In this document: in pieces, positions 1 to 11,735 of the stretch | Numbering within the stretch: position 1 is the first letter of the stretch | Layout: every line of letters begins with the position of its first letter | DNA from: Eledone cirrhosa | Lineage: Eukaryota | Direction: 5' to 3' | Length of the DNA stretch: 64,000 nt | Assembly: GCA_964016885.1 (NCBI GenBank) | Contig: OZ024740.1 | Coordinates: forward strand, 329,530,001 to 329,594,000 | Notes under the pieces: generated by a model | The model's input: only the letters and a program-made list of their open reading frames with translations | Told to the model about the DNA's origin: nothing | Database searches by the model: none | Position numbers and translations under genes: made by a program

Positions 1-148
1 TATAACAGTTACATAACCTAAAACAGCTATCTACAAACTTTTAGTTATGCAGACATTCAATATTTCAATGTTATTATTTACTGTCATTTCATCAGAATAA
101 TATTACTGAGGACCTGTTTAGTTTTTATAGAGAATATTAGGAGGGATA

Positions 149-1553
149 TTGGGTACGTAAAGATAGACCCTCTAACTTTGACATAACAATGGGCTCTAAC
201 GATTCGGCGGAAATAACTGATATTGTGGGGTTATTTATCGCCTTTAGACTCCAGGAAAAATTCAGCAATCTCCACGGCGGAATATACCGCGACGATGTTC
301 TCCTCCTAGCTAAAAACCGTAATAACCAAAAACTAGAAAACTACGCAAAGATATAAGAAAACTACTACTCGAAATAGGACTAACTATAACATATGAATAC
401 AACCTTAAAGTAGTTAACTTCCTGGATGTCACACTCAATTTAACCTCTGGTTTGATTAAACCGTTTCATAAATTGAACGAAAATCTCAAATACGTAAATG
501 TTGGGTCTAACCACCCCATCTCTATAATTAAATCTATCCCTAAAAATATTTCCCTTAGAATCTCGGGTCTATCTTCTAACATACAAGTATTTAAGGAACA
601 CGCCGAGTACTACGATAACGCCCTTAGTAAAGCAGGCTACCTCAACAAAATAGAGTACATAGATGGGAACAATCAAAACACCCAAAATAAATCCCACATA
701 GGTAGATATAATAACACAACACCAAACCACACTTACTACCATAGTATGCACACCAGTAAACCAACAAACAAAACTAATAGAAAGCGATGCAAAGAGTACT
801 TATGGTATAACCCCGAATACAATAGCTCCATTAGTACAAATTTACCAGTACTCTTCTTTAAAATAATTAAAAGACATTTTCCCACATCACACAAATACCA
901 CAAAATCCTAAACCCTACCACTATAAGACTGTCATACTCTACAGCGTTAAACCTTGAACAACACATAAAAAAGATCAATACTAGAAGGTTAAACGAAAAC
1001 ACTAAGAACTTAAGTACAAAGAACACAAAAAAAAACAGTAGACAATACACTACAGAACATAAATAAACCACACCTAAGTTCGTCCGCAATACTACTCCAG
1101 AGAAAACCCAACGTACACAAATGTAACTGCACCTATCCTGACAACTGCCCCCTCGGCAATAACTGCCTGGAAAAAAATATTATTTATAAGTGTACCATTA
1201 AATCCGGAGGCAACGAGTGGTATTACGTGGGATCAACGGCAACATCGTTTAAATCTCGATTGTATAGGCATTCTTACTCAATAAAACACCAGAGCCAAAG
1301 AAATGTAACAACTTTAGCAGAAAAAGCTTGGACGCTCAGGGATAGCGACCAAAAGTTTACCCTAAAATGGGAAAAATTAGCTAAAACCCAAAGCTTTTCC
1401 AGGAGCCAAAATTTCTGCAAATTGTGTAATCTTGAGATTTATTACATAATCACACACAAGAAGAAACTGCTGAATAACAGAATTGAACGAACATTATTCT
1501 GCCGTCACAGAACTAAAACCCTTTTTTCCCACTACAAGCCGAATATTACATAA
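149..1553 (+). pseudogene. PLE RT (C-terminal part) + GIY-YIG endonuclease, frameshifted
   Basis: Motifs spread over several frames: YRDD, VNFLDVTLNL, WYNPEY, CNCTYPDNCPLGNNC, YVGSTATSFKSRLYRH, CKLCNLE. Confidence 0.85.
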
Positions 1554-1724
1554 AAGAGGGACATCCCCCAACTATATAAACCTTAATCTAGTTAGAAAAA
1601 TATAAAAACAATCTCTTCTCAACATATATTAATAACCTTAAATTACCATACTAATAATGAAAAGATATGCTGATGAGAATAGGTACAAATATGCGATAAT
1701 GAATGTGTCTAAAAACGTCCATAA

Positions 1725-1873
1725 GTATGTATATATATGTGAAAATGTATATAAATAAGTAAATATATATATATGTTTGATGTGTATAGTTAGATGTAAG
1801 TGTATTCATGTATTAAAGTGCTTATATATATATATATATATGTATATGTGTGTATATGTATGTGTATGTATAT

Positions 1874-1905
<32 letters not shown>

Positions 1906-2160
1906 GTATGTATATATGAGTATATGGATGTGTAAGTATGTGTATGTGTGTACACATGGACTAGAGTATGTATGTATATATGTGTGTGTCTATACGTGTG
2001 TATATAAAGATAAGTTGAGTATGAAAACGTATACACATGGCGCGTATGTATGTACATGAATACATGCATGTGTATATATATGTAAGTATGAATATGTGAA
2101 TTGTGAGTATATGTATTTTGTAGAGGTGTGCAAATATATTTGTGTGTGAATGCGTGGGTG
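1725..2160. repeat. (TA)n/(TATG)n low-complexity tract in PLE-1 3' region
   Basis: Direct sequence. Confidence 0.85.
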
Positions 2161-2448
2161 AAAGGATACGTACACTTGAAAGAAAAATTTAAGTCTGAAT
2201 GTTAATTAAGTGCAAACACAAAACCAACCACGCATATCTTTACTATCTCTAATCCTTCTATAGATTTAGAAAAATAACCAATAATATATTCTATAAAAAA
2301 TGTCAAAACAACAGATGGGAATCTAATTACTCACTGCCACCAAGAATTCTCACTGCTATCGAAAAACCACTCCTTCAACTATTCTTCTAACAACTTCACC
2401 CCTCCCTCCTAATATTCTCTATAAAAACTAAACAGGTCCTCAGTAATA

Positions 2449-2565
2449 TTATTCTGATGAAATGACAGTAAATAATAACATTGAAATATTGAATGTCTGC
2501 ATAACTAAAAGTTTGTAGATAGCTGTTTTAGGTTATGTAACTGTTATAGAAACACGTGTCAATAA
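2449..2565 (+). ncRNA. Type I hammerhead ribozyme in PLE-1 pLTR (long stem II insert, palindromic stem III)
   Basis: TTATT-CTGATGA(2454-2460)-aATGACAGT...ACTGTTATa-GAAAC-ACGT-GTC(2560)-AATAA. Stem I is TTATT/AATAA. The partial antisense copy at 1-100 is cut by the window edge. Confidence 0.8.
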
Positions 2566-3469
2566 ATTCCTTTCAACTAAACTGTATCCATTCAAATCTT
2601 TCTATTTTTCTCCGGATTACTTTTGGAACTACAACTGGAACCGTCGAGCAAACTCTACGTGAGCTGATAATCTACTGTGTGTAATATTTATATTACAACA
2701 CAACGGAAAATACTGTATATATTTGTACATATATACATTTGAAATATGTTCTAGTTATTGTAAACTTTGTACACAAAGTTTGTTTTGCGAAAGTATCTTT
2801 TTCTTAATTAATTACTTGATTTTTAATTAGAAGATTAAATAGTCGATAAAAATACTCTTAGTAATCGTTGACTTTTTCATGCTAATCCGAGATTGGAACA
2901 TTGAATGTCGCATAAAATGAAGCCATATTCCGCTGTTAATCAGGAGTAACACGTAGTTACTGAATGATAATCAAAGATATTTGATATCACTAACACTGCG
3001 TATAGAGATTAGAAAGTCGTGTGAAAAGTAAATAAATGAAAAGTTGTGATTAAACCCGTCAAAAGCAAATAAAAAAAAGCGAACGGTAGATAAAGAAAAA
3101 AGAAGACAGTAAAAATTGACTTTATTTTTAGGTTGACAACATATCTTTATTTTAGAACAATAACTCGAATATTCTTGAATTGAGATGAACGAAACCATGT
3201 AATATGACGGAGTCGTTAAGATCTATCACTAACTAGCCTTCATTATAGAACAACTTTCAAAATATAACAATACTGAAAACGCTGTGCATTAAATTTTAGA
3301 GGCTTAATTGTGAGGCTAAGATGGATGCTAACGGAGAAGCTACATACGTTTAAGCTCACTATCCTCATAGGTAAGTGTCGTTTAATGATACTTTAGAATG
3401 ATCAGTGTTACTTATTTCAAATATTGGTAAATGGAAACTATACATCCATACGTACACATACACAAGAGA

Positions 3470-3592
3470 ATACGCACACACACACATACAGAGAATACAC
3501 ACAGACATAGAAACATACACAGACACACAGACACACACACACAGACACACAGACACACACAAACATATATATATATATATATATATATAATA
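3470..3592. repeat. (CA/CAGA)n + (TA)n microsatellite
   Basis: Direct sequence. Confidence 0.9.
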
Positions 3593-5392
3593 ATTGGTGA
3601 GTTTTACATTCGTTTTTTTTGTTGTATCCCGGCATATAAAATGAATTAACGTACCTATTCTATGAATAGAGATTTATTAATAGAAGACCAACTTGAATTA
3701 AGAACTTGTGTTATTATGATCTACTAGCCACCTCGAAGTTGTGGCACAGTTCATTGTGTGAAACCGCTCAAAGTAGAGCAGAGCGCAACTATACTAAATG
3801 TACCAAGCAATAAAAATTAATATATAATTGTGTTCTGAGATAATAATATAAATGTTATTAGCTAACATGGATTTCGAATGAATGAATATAAGGCAAATGT
3901 AACTGTATCTATATTTGAACTTAATATTCATACAACGAACCGTGTGTCTACATCATTGACTTACTGCATGTATCGTCATTACTTTTGCGGCTATGATTCA
4001 CTGAAGATATTTATTAAAATTGAGGATGCAGCTTGGCCAACTTAGAAAGTATGCTTCTCAAGGTCCCGAGTTTGGCCCCATTCTGTGTGATTTACTACAG
4101 CTTTGGGGAGATCCAATCCTGTGAGTGAAATTGTATGGAATATACATGTAATGCAAAAGATCACATTTTGTGTCAGAACGAATTTCATTGAGAAATGCAT
4201 TACGTGTGCACTTCCTTAAGAAATGCATATATCAGTTGCCGGCTACTCCACGAACTGCTCATTCCTCAAGTCGAAAGGTAGGACGAAGTTAGCCTATTAA
4301 AGTTGAGCCATATCTGGAGCTGTGACATTTATATTCCATTAAACCCATGTTATATAGTGAATGATATTGTAATTCATTCACTATTGACGTATATCATATT
4401 AGCCGTTTAATTTTAAGGCTAACATTCCTATTATCTCTTGTTTTTCATGTGGATGTGGATCCTATTCAAGACATCTATGTAATGTATTGTCTGAAATGAT
4501 ACATGACGACAAACACAATTTATCAACTTTGAAAATAAATGTTGTACAGACTCTTACAATCTCAAGATATATATGACCATAAATGTAATGTAACGTATCT
4601 GAATATATACACACGAACATAGTAATAAGTTCTTTATTTGAAGTCTGTTATAATTACATATCTTCGGGGAGAAGTATTATATGCTAGGAAAACTATCATT
4701 TTCGTGTATTCATGAGACTATGAGCAGCTATGAGCTAAATGAATTGAGCGGCCACTACGAAACAGTATTTCTATTCAGAAATAAATAGAGTTCGCTCCGT
4801 ATGCATGACCTAATATCAATAACAATTCGTCATGACGGCAACCTACACCATGCAAAAGAATTAGTAGTTATGGATGCCTGGAAGCCTCAAGGATTCACTG
4901 ATTGAATACACGAAATCAATTCATGCTTACCTGAAGACATACATAAAACATTATAAAGGTACACACAAGGTACATCGAAAAAGAAAGCTTTGAAATCAAA
5001 TAGAATTTTACGCGAAGTATATTTGCACATACAAACACCTAGAATTGTCATTGACACAACAAATGCTTACACACAGGCGCAGATACACACACGAACTCAT
5101 TGAGAGATGGAGCATGCGTATTGTGTTACAATCTGATGAAGTATGATTACTTAAAAGATATAAAGAAAAAAATCCGTTTCAAAAATCAATGGTATTCATT
5201 GATAGAAATACTTCCATTGTGTTGAATCATATATTCCTTACATTTCTCGTCAGATAGACACCGCACAATCATACGCACGCAATCATACACACAATCATAC
5301 ACACGCAATCAAACACACGTACACTAACACACGCACGCACACACACACACACAAACACACACACACATATATATATAATAATAATAATAATA

Positions 5393-5433
<41 letters not shown>

Positions 5434-5691
5434 TTTCTTTATTAACCACAAGGGTTTACATAAAGTAGACATTAAAGACAGTGCAGGACAATGCAGGACG
5501 GTACAAATGGGCATTTCTGCGTGTAAAAAAACAAAAACAGGATGTAACAAAAATAACAATGAAAATAACAATGAAAAATTCCCCAATAGGGGGGAGACTT
5601 CGGAGGGACATTTGTGGAGAAAGCCCAGTAAAAAGCCACAATGACCCTGACCACCAAGGCAAGTGCCCTCTCCCAGTTTTCCACCTTTAAT

Positions 5692-8600
5692 TTACAGATA
5701 TATGCTCAGAGTAGGCCCATTCACTCGGGCCATTCTTGCTTCTCTCACCCATCTTTCAACAAAATGCTGGGAAGAGAGCACTTCCCTCTCTACTCTGATT
5801 TTCCTTTTCAAATGAAATTTGAAAAAGTCAATCAGAGCATCACCGAAGAGGTAAGTGCTCGTCTTCAGCCCTTTCAAACGTGTCCACCATACTATCTCTT
5901 TCGCCATGGCCACCAGGCAGATAAAAACTGCCTGCCCTTCCCGGCTAAAGGAGGAGGGCGGGGCAATCCTCACGATGGACTCAGATGATAGCCGGATCCG
6001 TCCTAAACGCGACAGCAGGTGTTCGACATAAACCCACAAGTCAGCAATTTTCGGACACTGGACGAGTGCGTGCAGGACGGTTTCGTCGCCCTGCGCGCAT
6101 CTCGGACATGCCCGACTGACGGCACCTCCATGCCTGTAGAGTTTATCCCGAACTGGCAAGGCTCCTCGGTAGCACTGCCAGGCCAGAGATTTCTGGAAGT
6201 TGTCCATAGGCCCTGGCCCGAAAGTTCTTCCGAAGAGATTGGCTAGTTGATTTTCGTCGACGCCTAGAGTTTCCCCAAGTACGTCGTCGCTCTTCCCCTC
6301 CACTAATCCTCTATAGAACGCCGAGGTGGAGTTTCCACCGATCACATTGCCCGATTGGTCGAGGGCTGTGAGCGCCTGAAGACATTCCAGTCTCCAGGCG
6401 CTCCCTCTCGGTCTTCGCTTGACCCAGGACTGCAGCTCCGTCAAGGAAACGAGCTGGGGAAACACGCGTCTAGCAAACGGCGACCACACCTGATCACCGT
6501 CGAGGAAGAGGTGGAGATGTCGTAGCCTGAGCGCGTGCCTGCGCATCATCAGCCACGGCATGCCCAGCCCTCCACGTAGCGGGTGTTGACAACAGATGGA
6601 CCGCCTGACCATCGGAGCGCGTCCCTTCCACAAAAAGCGAAAGAGCAAACGCTCCAGCACAGTCAGGCGAGGCTTAGGACAAGGTACGACGGTCAGGCGG
6701 TAGCAGATGACGGACGCGATGTACGCGTTAGCCACCTCCGCTCGACCTTTCAGGGATAGCTTCCTCTCGGCCCATTTCTGGGTGAGAGAAGCCACCCTGC
6801 TCGTCACCTCGTCCCAGTTTTTGTCCGTCTGGAGGTCCGGACCGAACCAGACCCCTAGCAATTTAACCGGTCCGTCCGTCCAGCGTCCGACGACGCTGTT
6901 GGACGGCATGGACCTGCCTCTCCAGGTGCCGAGCTGCAGGCCCACTGACTTTTCCTGGTTGATCATTGCTCCTGTCACCGCTTCGTATTCTCTTAGTGTA
7001 GTGCCGATCGCCTCGATGTGTTTGGCGTTCGACACCACTACGGTGACATCGTCCGCATATGCTGATACGGATCTTCCGCATCCTAGTTCGCGCGGGACCC
7101 CCCTCAACGTCTCCAGTTTGTGCAGTAATGGCTCGAGAGTCAATACGTACAAGAGGGACGAGAGGGGACATCCTTGGCGGACCGAGCGCATGGTGTTGAA
7201 CGGTTCCGACAGGTGACCGTTCACTCTCACCACAGAGCAGATGTCGCTGTGCATGGCAGCGATCCAGCCTCTGAAGACGGGCCCAAAGCCAGCCGCCCTC
7301 AGGACTGCCGCTAGGTAACGATGGTCGACCCTATCGAAAGCTTTCGACTGATCTAAATTGATCAAGGACCCACCCGTGCCAGGTTCCCTAGCTACCCTCT
7401 CTACGATGTATCGCATGAGGTGGAGGTTGTCGTGGATGGATCTGTCGGGAATGGCGCATGTCTGCGCCTCTCCCACCAGACCACCAACGACAAGCGCCAA
7501 CCTCTTTGCTAGCACCTTGGCCAAAATCTTAAACTCTGTGTTTAGCAGAGTTATGGGCCGGAAATTTTCTATGTTATCCCCCTTGTTCGGATCCTTTCTC
7601 AGCAGTGCCACCGCTCCTCGGCTCACAGAACTGGGAATTCTCCCGTTCTGTTGCCAGTTGCAGTAGACGTCCGCCAAGAGGCCTCCGAACAAGTCTGGCA
7701 TCTGTACGTAAAGTTCATAGGGCAGACCATCCAAACCAGGCGATTTACCCCTTGTGCAGCCAGTCATTGCCTCCCTTACTTCAGCGGCTGTTATCGGCTT
7801 TTCGCAACACTTCGCCTCAGTGGCCGAGAGCCGCGGCAGTCCGTCGAGGTAGACACTAAAGTCCATCCCTCTACCCGGCCCACCGCTGCCCCCGAACACC
7901 TGAGCGAAGTGTCGCTGAAAAGCTTCACACATTTGCCCGGGATCGAGTAGCATGCGCCTGTCGTGGTCCACCAAAGACCGGATCGTGGCTTTGTTGCCAC
8001 GACGCGCCTCCGCCACTCGGGCCCATTGAACGGCTTTCGTCCCCTCGTGTCTGAGAGCACGCACCCTAGCTCTGACAACGCAGCCTTCGTGCTTTGCATT
8101 GAAGAATTGGTCAAGGGCCAATTTCGCCGCAAGCACGTCGGTCGCAATGCCTTTGCTAAGCGCCTCGTCTAATTTTCTAACTAGTTCTCCCTCTGCTCTA
8201 TTTTTCTCTATTGCTAAAGCCTTACTAAACCTAATCGATTCTATTCTAATCGCTCTTTTCAGAGCAAACCACCACTTGTTGTTGACGATGGCCCCCGTCA
8301 ACGCCCGCTTAACTAGTTCGCTAATCCGGTCTCTGTAGGCCTTGCGCGCTGGTAAGGACGCGTTTAGCTTCCAGTAGCCGGGTCCTCGTCTATGAAGCCT
8401 ATCTAAGTCAAGCACACAGATCACGAATTTGTGGTCCGTGTAGCTGACTATCTTGAATTGTGGACAGCCTATGCTAGACCTATCTATTTCCCTACAAAAT
8501 ACTCTATCTAGATATGATCTGGATGACCCTATGCGGTTTGTCCAAGTCCACATTGGCACATTCGGGAAATCCAATCGGTACCTGTCAGACAGTTCAAAAC

Positions 8601-9111
8601 GCCTGAGCAGGTTGGTGAGGCTCTTGCACCCTCCACCCCTATCCGCTAATCCCACACAGTCCCAGCGTGCATCTAAGATCCCGTTCCAGTCGCCCACTAA
8701 CACTAAAGAGCGGGACGTTCCAAGAAAGGTCTCCAGACGCCGGAAGAAATCAGGCCGCCCTGCTCCTGTCGGGGCATAGACGGCCACTAGCCTGAAAGCT
8801 TGCCCGTCTCCGCTGGTCACGTCCAGCACCACCAGCTTACCCTCTGGGTCCAGGAAGATGGCCCGTATGGCGAGATCCAAACCTCTCCGAAAAAGCACAG
8901 CAACTCCTCCACCCGATCCAGGACGGCTGGGAGATGCGTACACATCGTAGCCGCCGAAGATCGGTGCGAAGGCCCGTGCTTCGGAGATTCTGGTCTCGCT
9001 GATGGCCACTACATCTATGTTTAGTGACCTGAGGTCGTTGAGCAGGTGACCCTGCTTCCATGACGACCCCAAGCCACGCGCATTTATGCTGCCTATTCTG
9101 AGTGAGGTCAT
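5692..9111 (-). CDS. Tx1-type ORF2: APE endonuclease + reverse transcriptase + C-terminal Cys/His motif (1139 aa)
   Basis: SINARGL, ISETR, VYAP, GDWN, SYLDRVF, TDHK (APE); KSPGLDG, FRPITLLN, LDQSKAFDRVDH, RQGCPLS, YADD (RT); CPRC..ETVLHALVQC. Confidence 0.95.
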   Translation of the reverse strand: MTSLRIGSINARGLGSSWKQGHLLNDLRSLNIDVVAISETRISEARAFAPIFGGYDVYASPSRPGSGGGVAVLFRRGLDLAIRAIFLDPEGKLVVLDVTSGDGQAFRLVAVYAPTGAGRPDFFRRLETFLGTSRSLVLVGDWNGILDARWDCVGLADRGGGCKSLTNLLRRFELSDRYRLDFPNVPMWTWTNRIGSSRSYLDRVFCREIDRSSIGCPQFKIVSYTDHKFVICVLDLDRLHRRGPGYWKLNASLPARKAYRDRISELVKRALTGAIVNNKWWFALKRAIRIESIRFSKALAIEKNRAEGELVRKLDEALSKGIATDVLAAKLALDQFFNAKHEGCVVRARVRALRHEGTKAVQWARVAEARRGNKATIRSLVDHDRRMLLDPGQMCEAFQRHFAQVFGGSGGPGRGMDFSVYLDGLPRLSATEAKCCEKPITAAEVREAMTGCTRGKSPGLDGLPYELYVQMPDLFGGLLADVYCNWQQNGRIPSSVSRGAVALLRKDPNKGDNIENFRPITLLNTEFKILAKVLAKRLALVVGGLVGEAQTCAIPDRSIHDNLHLMRYIVERVAREPGTGGSLINLDQSKAFDRVDHRYLAAVLRAAGFGPVFRGWIAAMHSDICSVVRVNGHLSEPFNTMRSVRQGCPLSSLLYVLTLEPLLHKLETLRGVPRELGCGRSVSAYADDVTVVVSNAKHIEAIGTTLREYEAVTGAMINQEKSVGLQLGTWRGRSMPSNSVVGRWTDGPVKLLGVWFGPDLQTDKNWDEVTSRVASLTQKWAERKLSLKGRAEVANAYIASVICYRLTVVPCPKPRLTVLERLLFRFLWKGRAPMVRRSICCQHPLRGGLGMPWLMMRRHALRLRHLHLFLDGDQVWSPFARRVFPQLVSLTELQSWVKRRPRGSAWRLECLQALTALDQSGNVIGGNSTSAFYRGLVEGKSDDVLGETLGVDENQLANLFGRTFGPGPMDNFQKSLAWQCYRGALPVRDKLYRHGGAVSRACPRCAQGDETVLHALVQCPKIADLWVYVEHLLSRLGRIRLSSESIVRIAPPSSFSREGQAVFICLVAMAKEIVWWTRLKGLKTSTYLFGDALIDFFKFHLKRKIRVEREVLSSQHFVERWVREARMARVNGPTLSIYL

Positions 9112-9146
9112 GTTTAAAATAGAGTGGAAAAGATGGGAAAGACCAC

Positions 9147-11243
9147 TTACCGTACTTTTGGTAGAGGAGGGATGGTTTTTACATCCCTTTTCACTTGATC
9201 GTCTGGTGAAGGGACCGTTGAATCGTCCCTTCGGCTGGTCGTCGGCTCTTCTAAGAGAATGTCTGAGTATACTCTTCGATTGATGGTTCCTCCTAGGTCC
9301 CTGAAATCACCAACTGCGTTGGGGAATTTCGTTTTAATGTTTGTGTATTGTTTCTGTGCTATTTTTAGCAGTCTTATGTTAGTTGGCGTTTTGATTGGTG
9401 CTGGTATTATGTAGTCCTGTTGTGAAATGTCTGTGTGTTCAATTATGTAAGTCATTAGTTTCTTGTTGTGTGTGTTTATTGCCGTGCATTTGTTTTTCTG
9501 GGGGTGGGGTGTGGTTCTGCTATTGTCTTGTCGTTGTTGCTGTGTGTGTTTGTTTTGTTGTTGTGTTTGCGATGTTGGTGCTTGTGGTGGTGGTGTTGAA
9601 GGTGTTGTTGGCGGTGGGGTTGTCGCCGGTGGTGATGGTGGTGCTGGTGTGGGTGGTGATGGTGTTGGTGGTGTTGCTGCTGTGGGTCTCTTTGCAGTAG
9701 ACTTTACCCTTTTCTCATTTCTTTCCTCCCTTTTCAAAGGCGACGATGCGCTGCTTCTGCGTTTGTGCCTTCTTGCGACCTTTTGCCATCCCTCTCCCAC
9801 CTCACACTCCATGTCTGATTCTGTAAGGTCGGGGAGGGGTACCAGCTCCACTCTTTCACTTGTTGTTGTTGGTGATGTTTGCACTGGAGTCTCTGTTGCA
9901 GCTGCATTTGGTATTGCTGTTGTTGTTGTTAATATTTCCACTGCTGCTGCTGTCTTTGATTTCCGTGGAGTGGGTATGGGTGCCACGGACCTATCGTTCC
10001 TGGTTGCCGCTTGTCCTGTTGCTGGTAGCCGTGGAGCCGGATTCGGAAGGAGGGGGGTTTTCTCCTTTCTCAGGGTCTTCTCGTTGCAGAAGGCCCTGAG
10101 GTGAGTCTTCGATCCACAGCGAAAGCATTTCGGGCGTTTGCCCTCAACACTTATGGGCAGTTGAGTGCCGTTATCGAAGTCTATCACATCCGGGATAGCT
10201 TCGATGCACTCCTGGTTGGTTTGGATTAGCATCTCAATGGAGGAGCCGACCCAATCTTCTCTTACTTTTTTCTGTACTTGCAGTACAGTTGTTTTGTCCT
10301 CGATTCCGACGAGGACAGACGCGGCCAGCCAAGAAGGGGTCATTCCGGGGGGGACGTGGGTCAGTTTGACCCTCACAATTTTTTGCCCGCAGTAGGAGGG
10401 CACCAACACCATTTCCTCGCTCCTTAGGGTCACTACTGATTGGGCCTTTGCCTCCTGGGGTGTGGCAAAAAGTACGTCTACGGTGGCGTATTTTTTGCCT
10501 CGGGTGATGTGCGTTTTCCTCTGCCACACAGACCCCAAGGCTTTTTGTATTTGGGCCTCTGTGGCTCTTTCCACCCTACGGGATTTTGTACTTACTGTAC
10601 GGTACGTGACCGTACAGTGCTCTTGGTTTTCGAAAAAATTTTTCGCTGCCTTGCAGATTGCTCGGTGTCCGTTCTTTGTCACCATCCTCTTCGCTTCCTC
10701 TAATTCCTCATTTGTTATGAGGATTGTTTCCAAGTTTTTCGCAATACCTGCAAATGAGATTGGTTTTTCTCTGCTGTTGTTGTTGTCGTCAGAGCTGCTG
10801 GTACTTTTGTTGTTGCTGCAGGTACTACGACTACTGCCTCCGCCGCTGTTGCTGTGGTTGTTGTTGGTGTTGCTGCTGCTAATGCTGTTGTTGTTTATGC
10901 TGCTGGTGATGCTGTTGCGGCTGCTACTGTTGTTTTCATTGTCACTGTTGCTGTTGTTATTACGGCTGCTACTGCTATTATTCCTGACGTCAGACGAATG
11001 AACTGGGTTTTCGTATTTCCCGCACACCTGTTTCGTCGCTGTCGTCGTCGTCGTGGAGAAACCTTGCACGCTTTGCACGAGACTTTTCTTTTCTTTCGTC
11101 GCTTGCGAAAGAGAAGGGAGGGAGAGAGACACATTTAAAGAAGGGAGGGAGAGAGACAATCTTCTCTCTGCTGTAGTGATGATTGAGGAAGAAGAAGACG
11201 GAATGAGTGGGAGTGACGTATGAAATTTCTTTTTCGTAGCCAT
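9147..11243 (-). CDS. Tx1-type ORF1 (gag-like; RRM-like region, CCHC zinc knuckle, N/S- and P/T-rich tracts), 698 aa from ATG 11243
   Basis: Open frame from AAAC-ATG-GCT at 11243; CFRCGSKTHLRAFC knuckle; ends 35 nt before the ORF2 ATG. Confidence 0.88.
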   Translation of the reverse strand: MATKKKFHTSLPLIPSSSSSIITTAERRLSLSLPSLNVSLSLPSLSQATKEKKSLVQSVQGFSTTTTTATKQVCGKYENPVHSSDVRNNSSSSRNNNSNSDNENNSSSRNSITSSINNNSISSSNTNNNHSNSGGGSSRSTCSNNKSTSSSDDNNNSREKPISFAGIAKNLETILITNEELEEAKRMVTKNGHRAICKAAKNFFENQEHCTVTYRTVSTKSRRVERATEAQIQKALGSVWQRKTHITRGKKYATVDVLFATPQEAKAQSVVTLRSEEMVLVPSYCGQKIVRVKLTHVPPGMTPSWLAASVLVGIEDKTTVLQVQKKVREDWVGSSIEMLIQTNQECIEAIPDVIDFDNGTQLPISVEGKRPKCFRCGSKTHLRAFCNEKTLRKEKTPLLPNPAPRLPATGQAATRNDRSVAPIPTPRKSKTAAAVEILTTTTAIPNAAATETPVQTSPTTTSERVELVPLPDLTESDMECEVGEGWQKVARRHKRRSSASSPLKREERNEKRVKSTAKRPTAATPPTPSPPTPAPPSPPATTPPPTTPSTPPPQAPTSQTQQQNKHTQQQRQDNSRTTPHPQKNKCTAINTHNKKLMTYIIEHTDISQQDYIIPAPIKTPTNIRLLKIAQKQYTNIKTKFPNAVGDFRDLGGTINRRVYSDILLEEPTTSRRDDSTVPSPDDQVKRDVKTIPPLPKVR

Positions 11244-11735
11244 GTTTTTTTGTTTAAAATGAAATTTTGGGTACAAAACCCCAATAACTGGTTATTTAAC
11301 CCCGAAGGGCCAAATAACGGACAGAAAGACCCCTCTCACGAGGAGGAGGGTGTCTTTATCAACAATTTGGTTCAAGTTTTAAACAATTTACAATTGTTTT
11401 AACGGTTAAAAATTACTATACCTTACAGAGCCGAGCCTCCGTCAACCATGGCATTCAATAATAATAATAATAATGATTTCTTTATTAACCACAAGGGTTT
11501 ACATAAAGTAGACATTAAGGACAGTGCAGGACAATGCAGGACGGTACAAATGGGCATTTCTGCGTGTAAAAAACAAAAACAGAGGATGTAACAAAAATAA
11601 CAATGAAAATAACAATGAAAAATTCCCCAATAGGGGGGGGACTTCGGAGGGACATTTGTGGTGAAAGCCCAGTAAAAAGCCACAATGACCCTGACCACCA
11701 AGGCAAGTGCCCTCTCCCAGTTTTCCACCTTTAAT

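Larger units (their letters stand above)
1..2700 (+). mobile_element. Penelope-like element (family PLE-1), 5'-truncated, with inverted pLTR copy at its 5' side
   Basis: RT motifs FDITMGSNDSAEITDIVG and GGIYRDD (~150-310), thumb ORF 452-1066, CxC..CP..C linker and IIY..YVG GIY-YIG (~1120-1553). Bases 1-146 are the reverse complement of 2403-2548. HHR in the 3' pLTR. Confidence 0.9.
5375..11456 (-). mobile_element. Full-length L1/Tx1-clade LINE (copy A)
   Basis: About 210-bp 5'UTR, intact ORF1 and ORF2, 260-bp 3'UTR with AATAAA and (TTA)n tail at 5375-5431. Confidence 0.95.

Noticed and set aside
1670-1720. CTGATGA motif as a hammerhead core
   Set aside because: No downstream GAAA with stem I or stem II pairing.
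4700-4990. Possible minus-strand exon boundary (TCTTCAG/GTAAGC at ~4930)
   Set aside because: No sustained reading frame or homology; cannot be supported.
5128-5165. CTGATGA-AGT..ACT hairpin as a hammerhead
   Set aside because: Followed by TAAA rather than GAAA, with no stem I partner.
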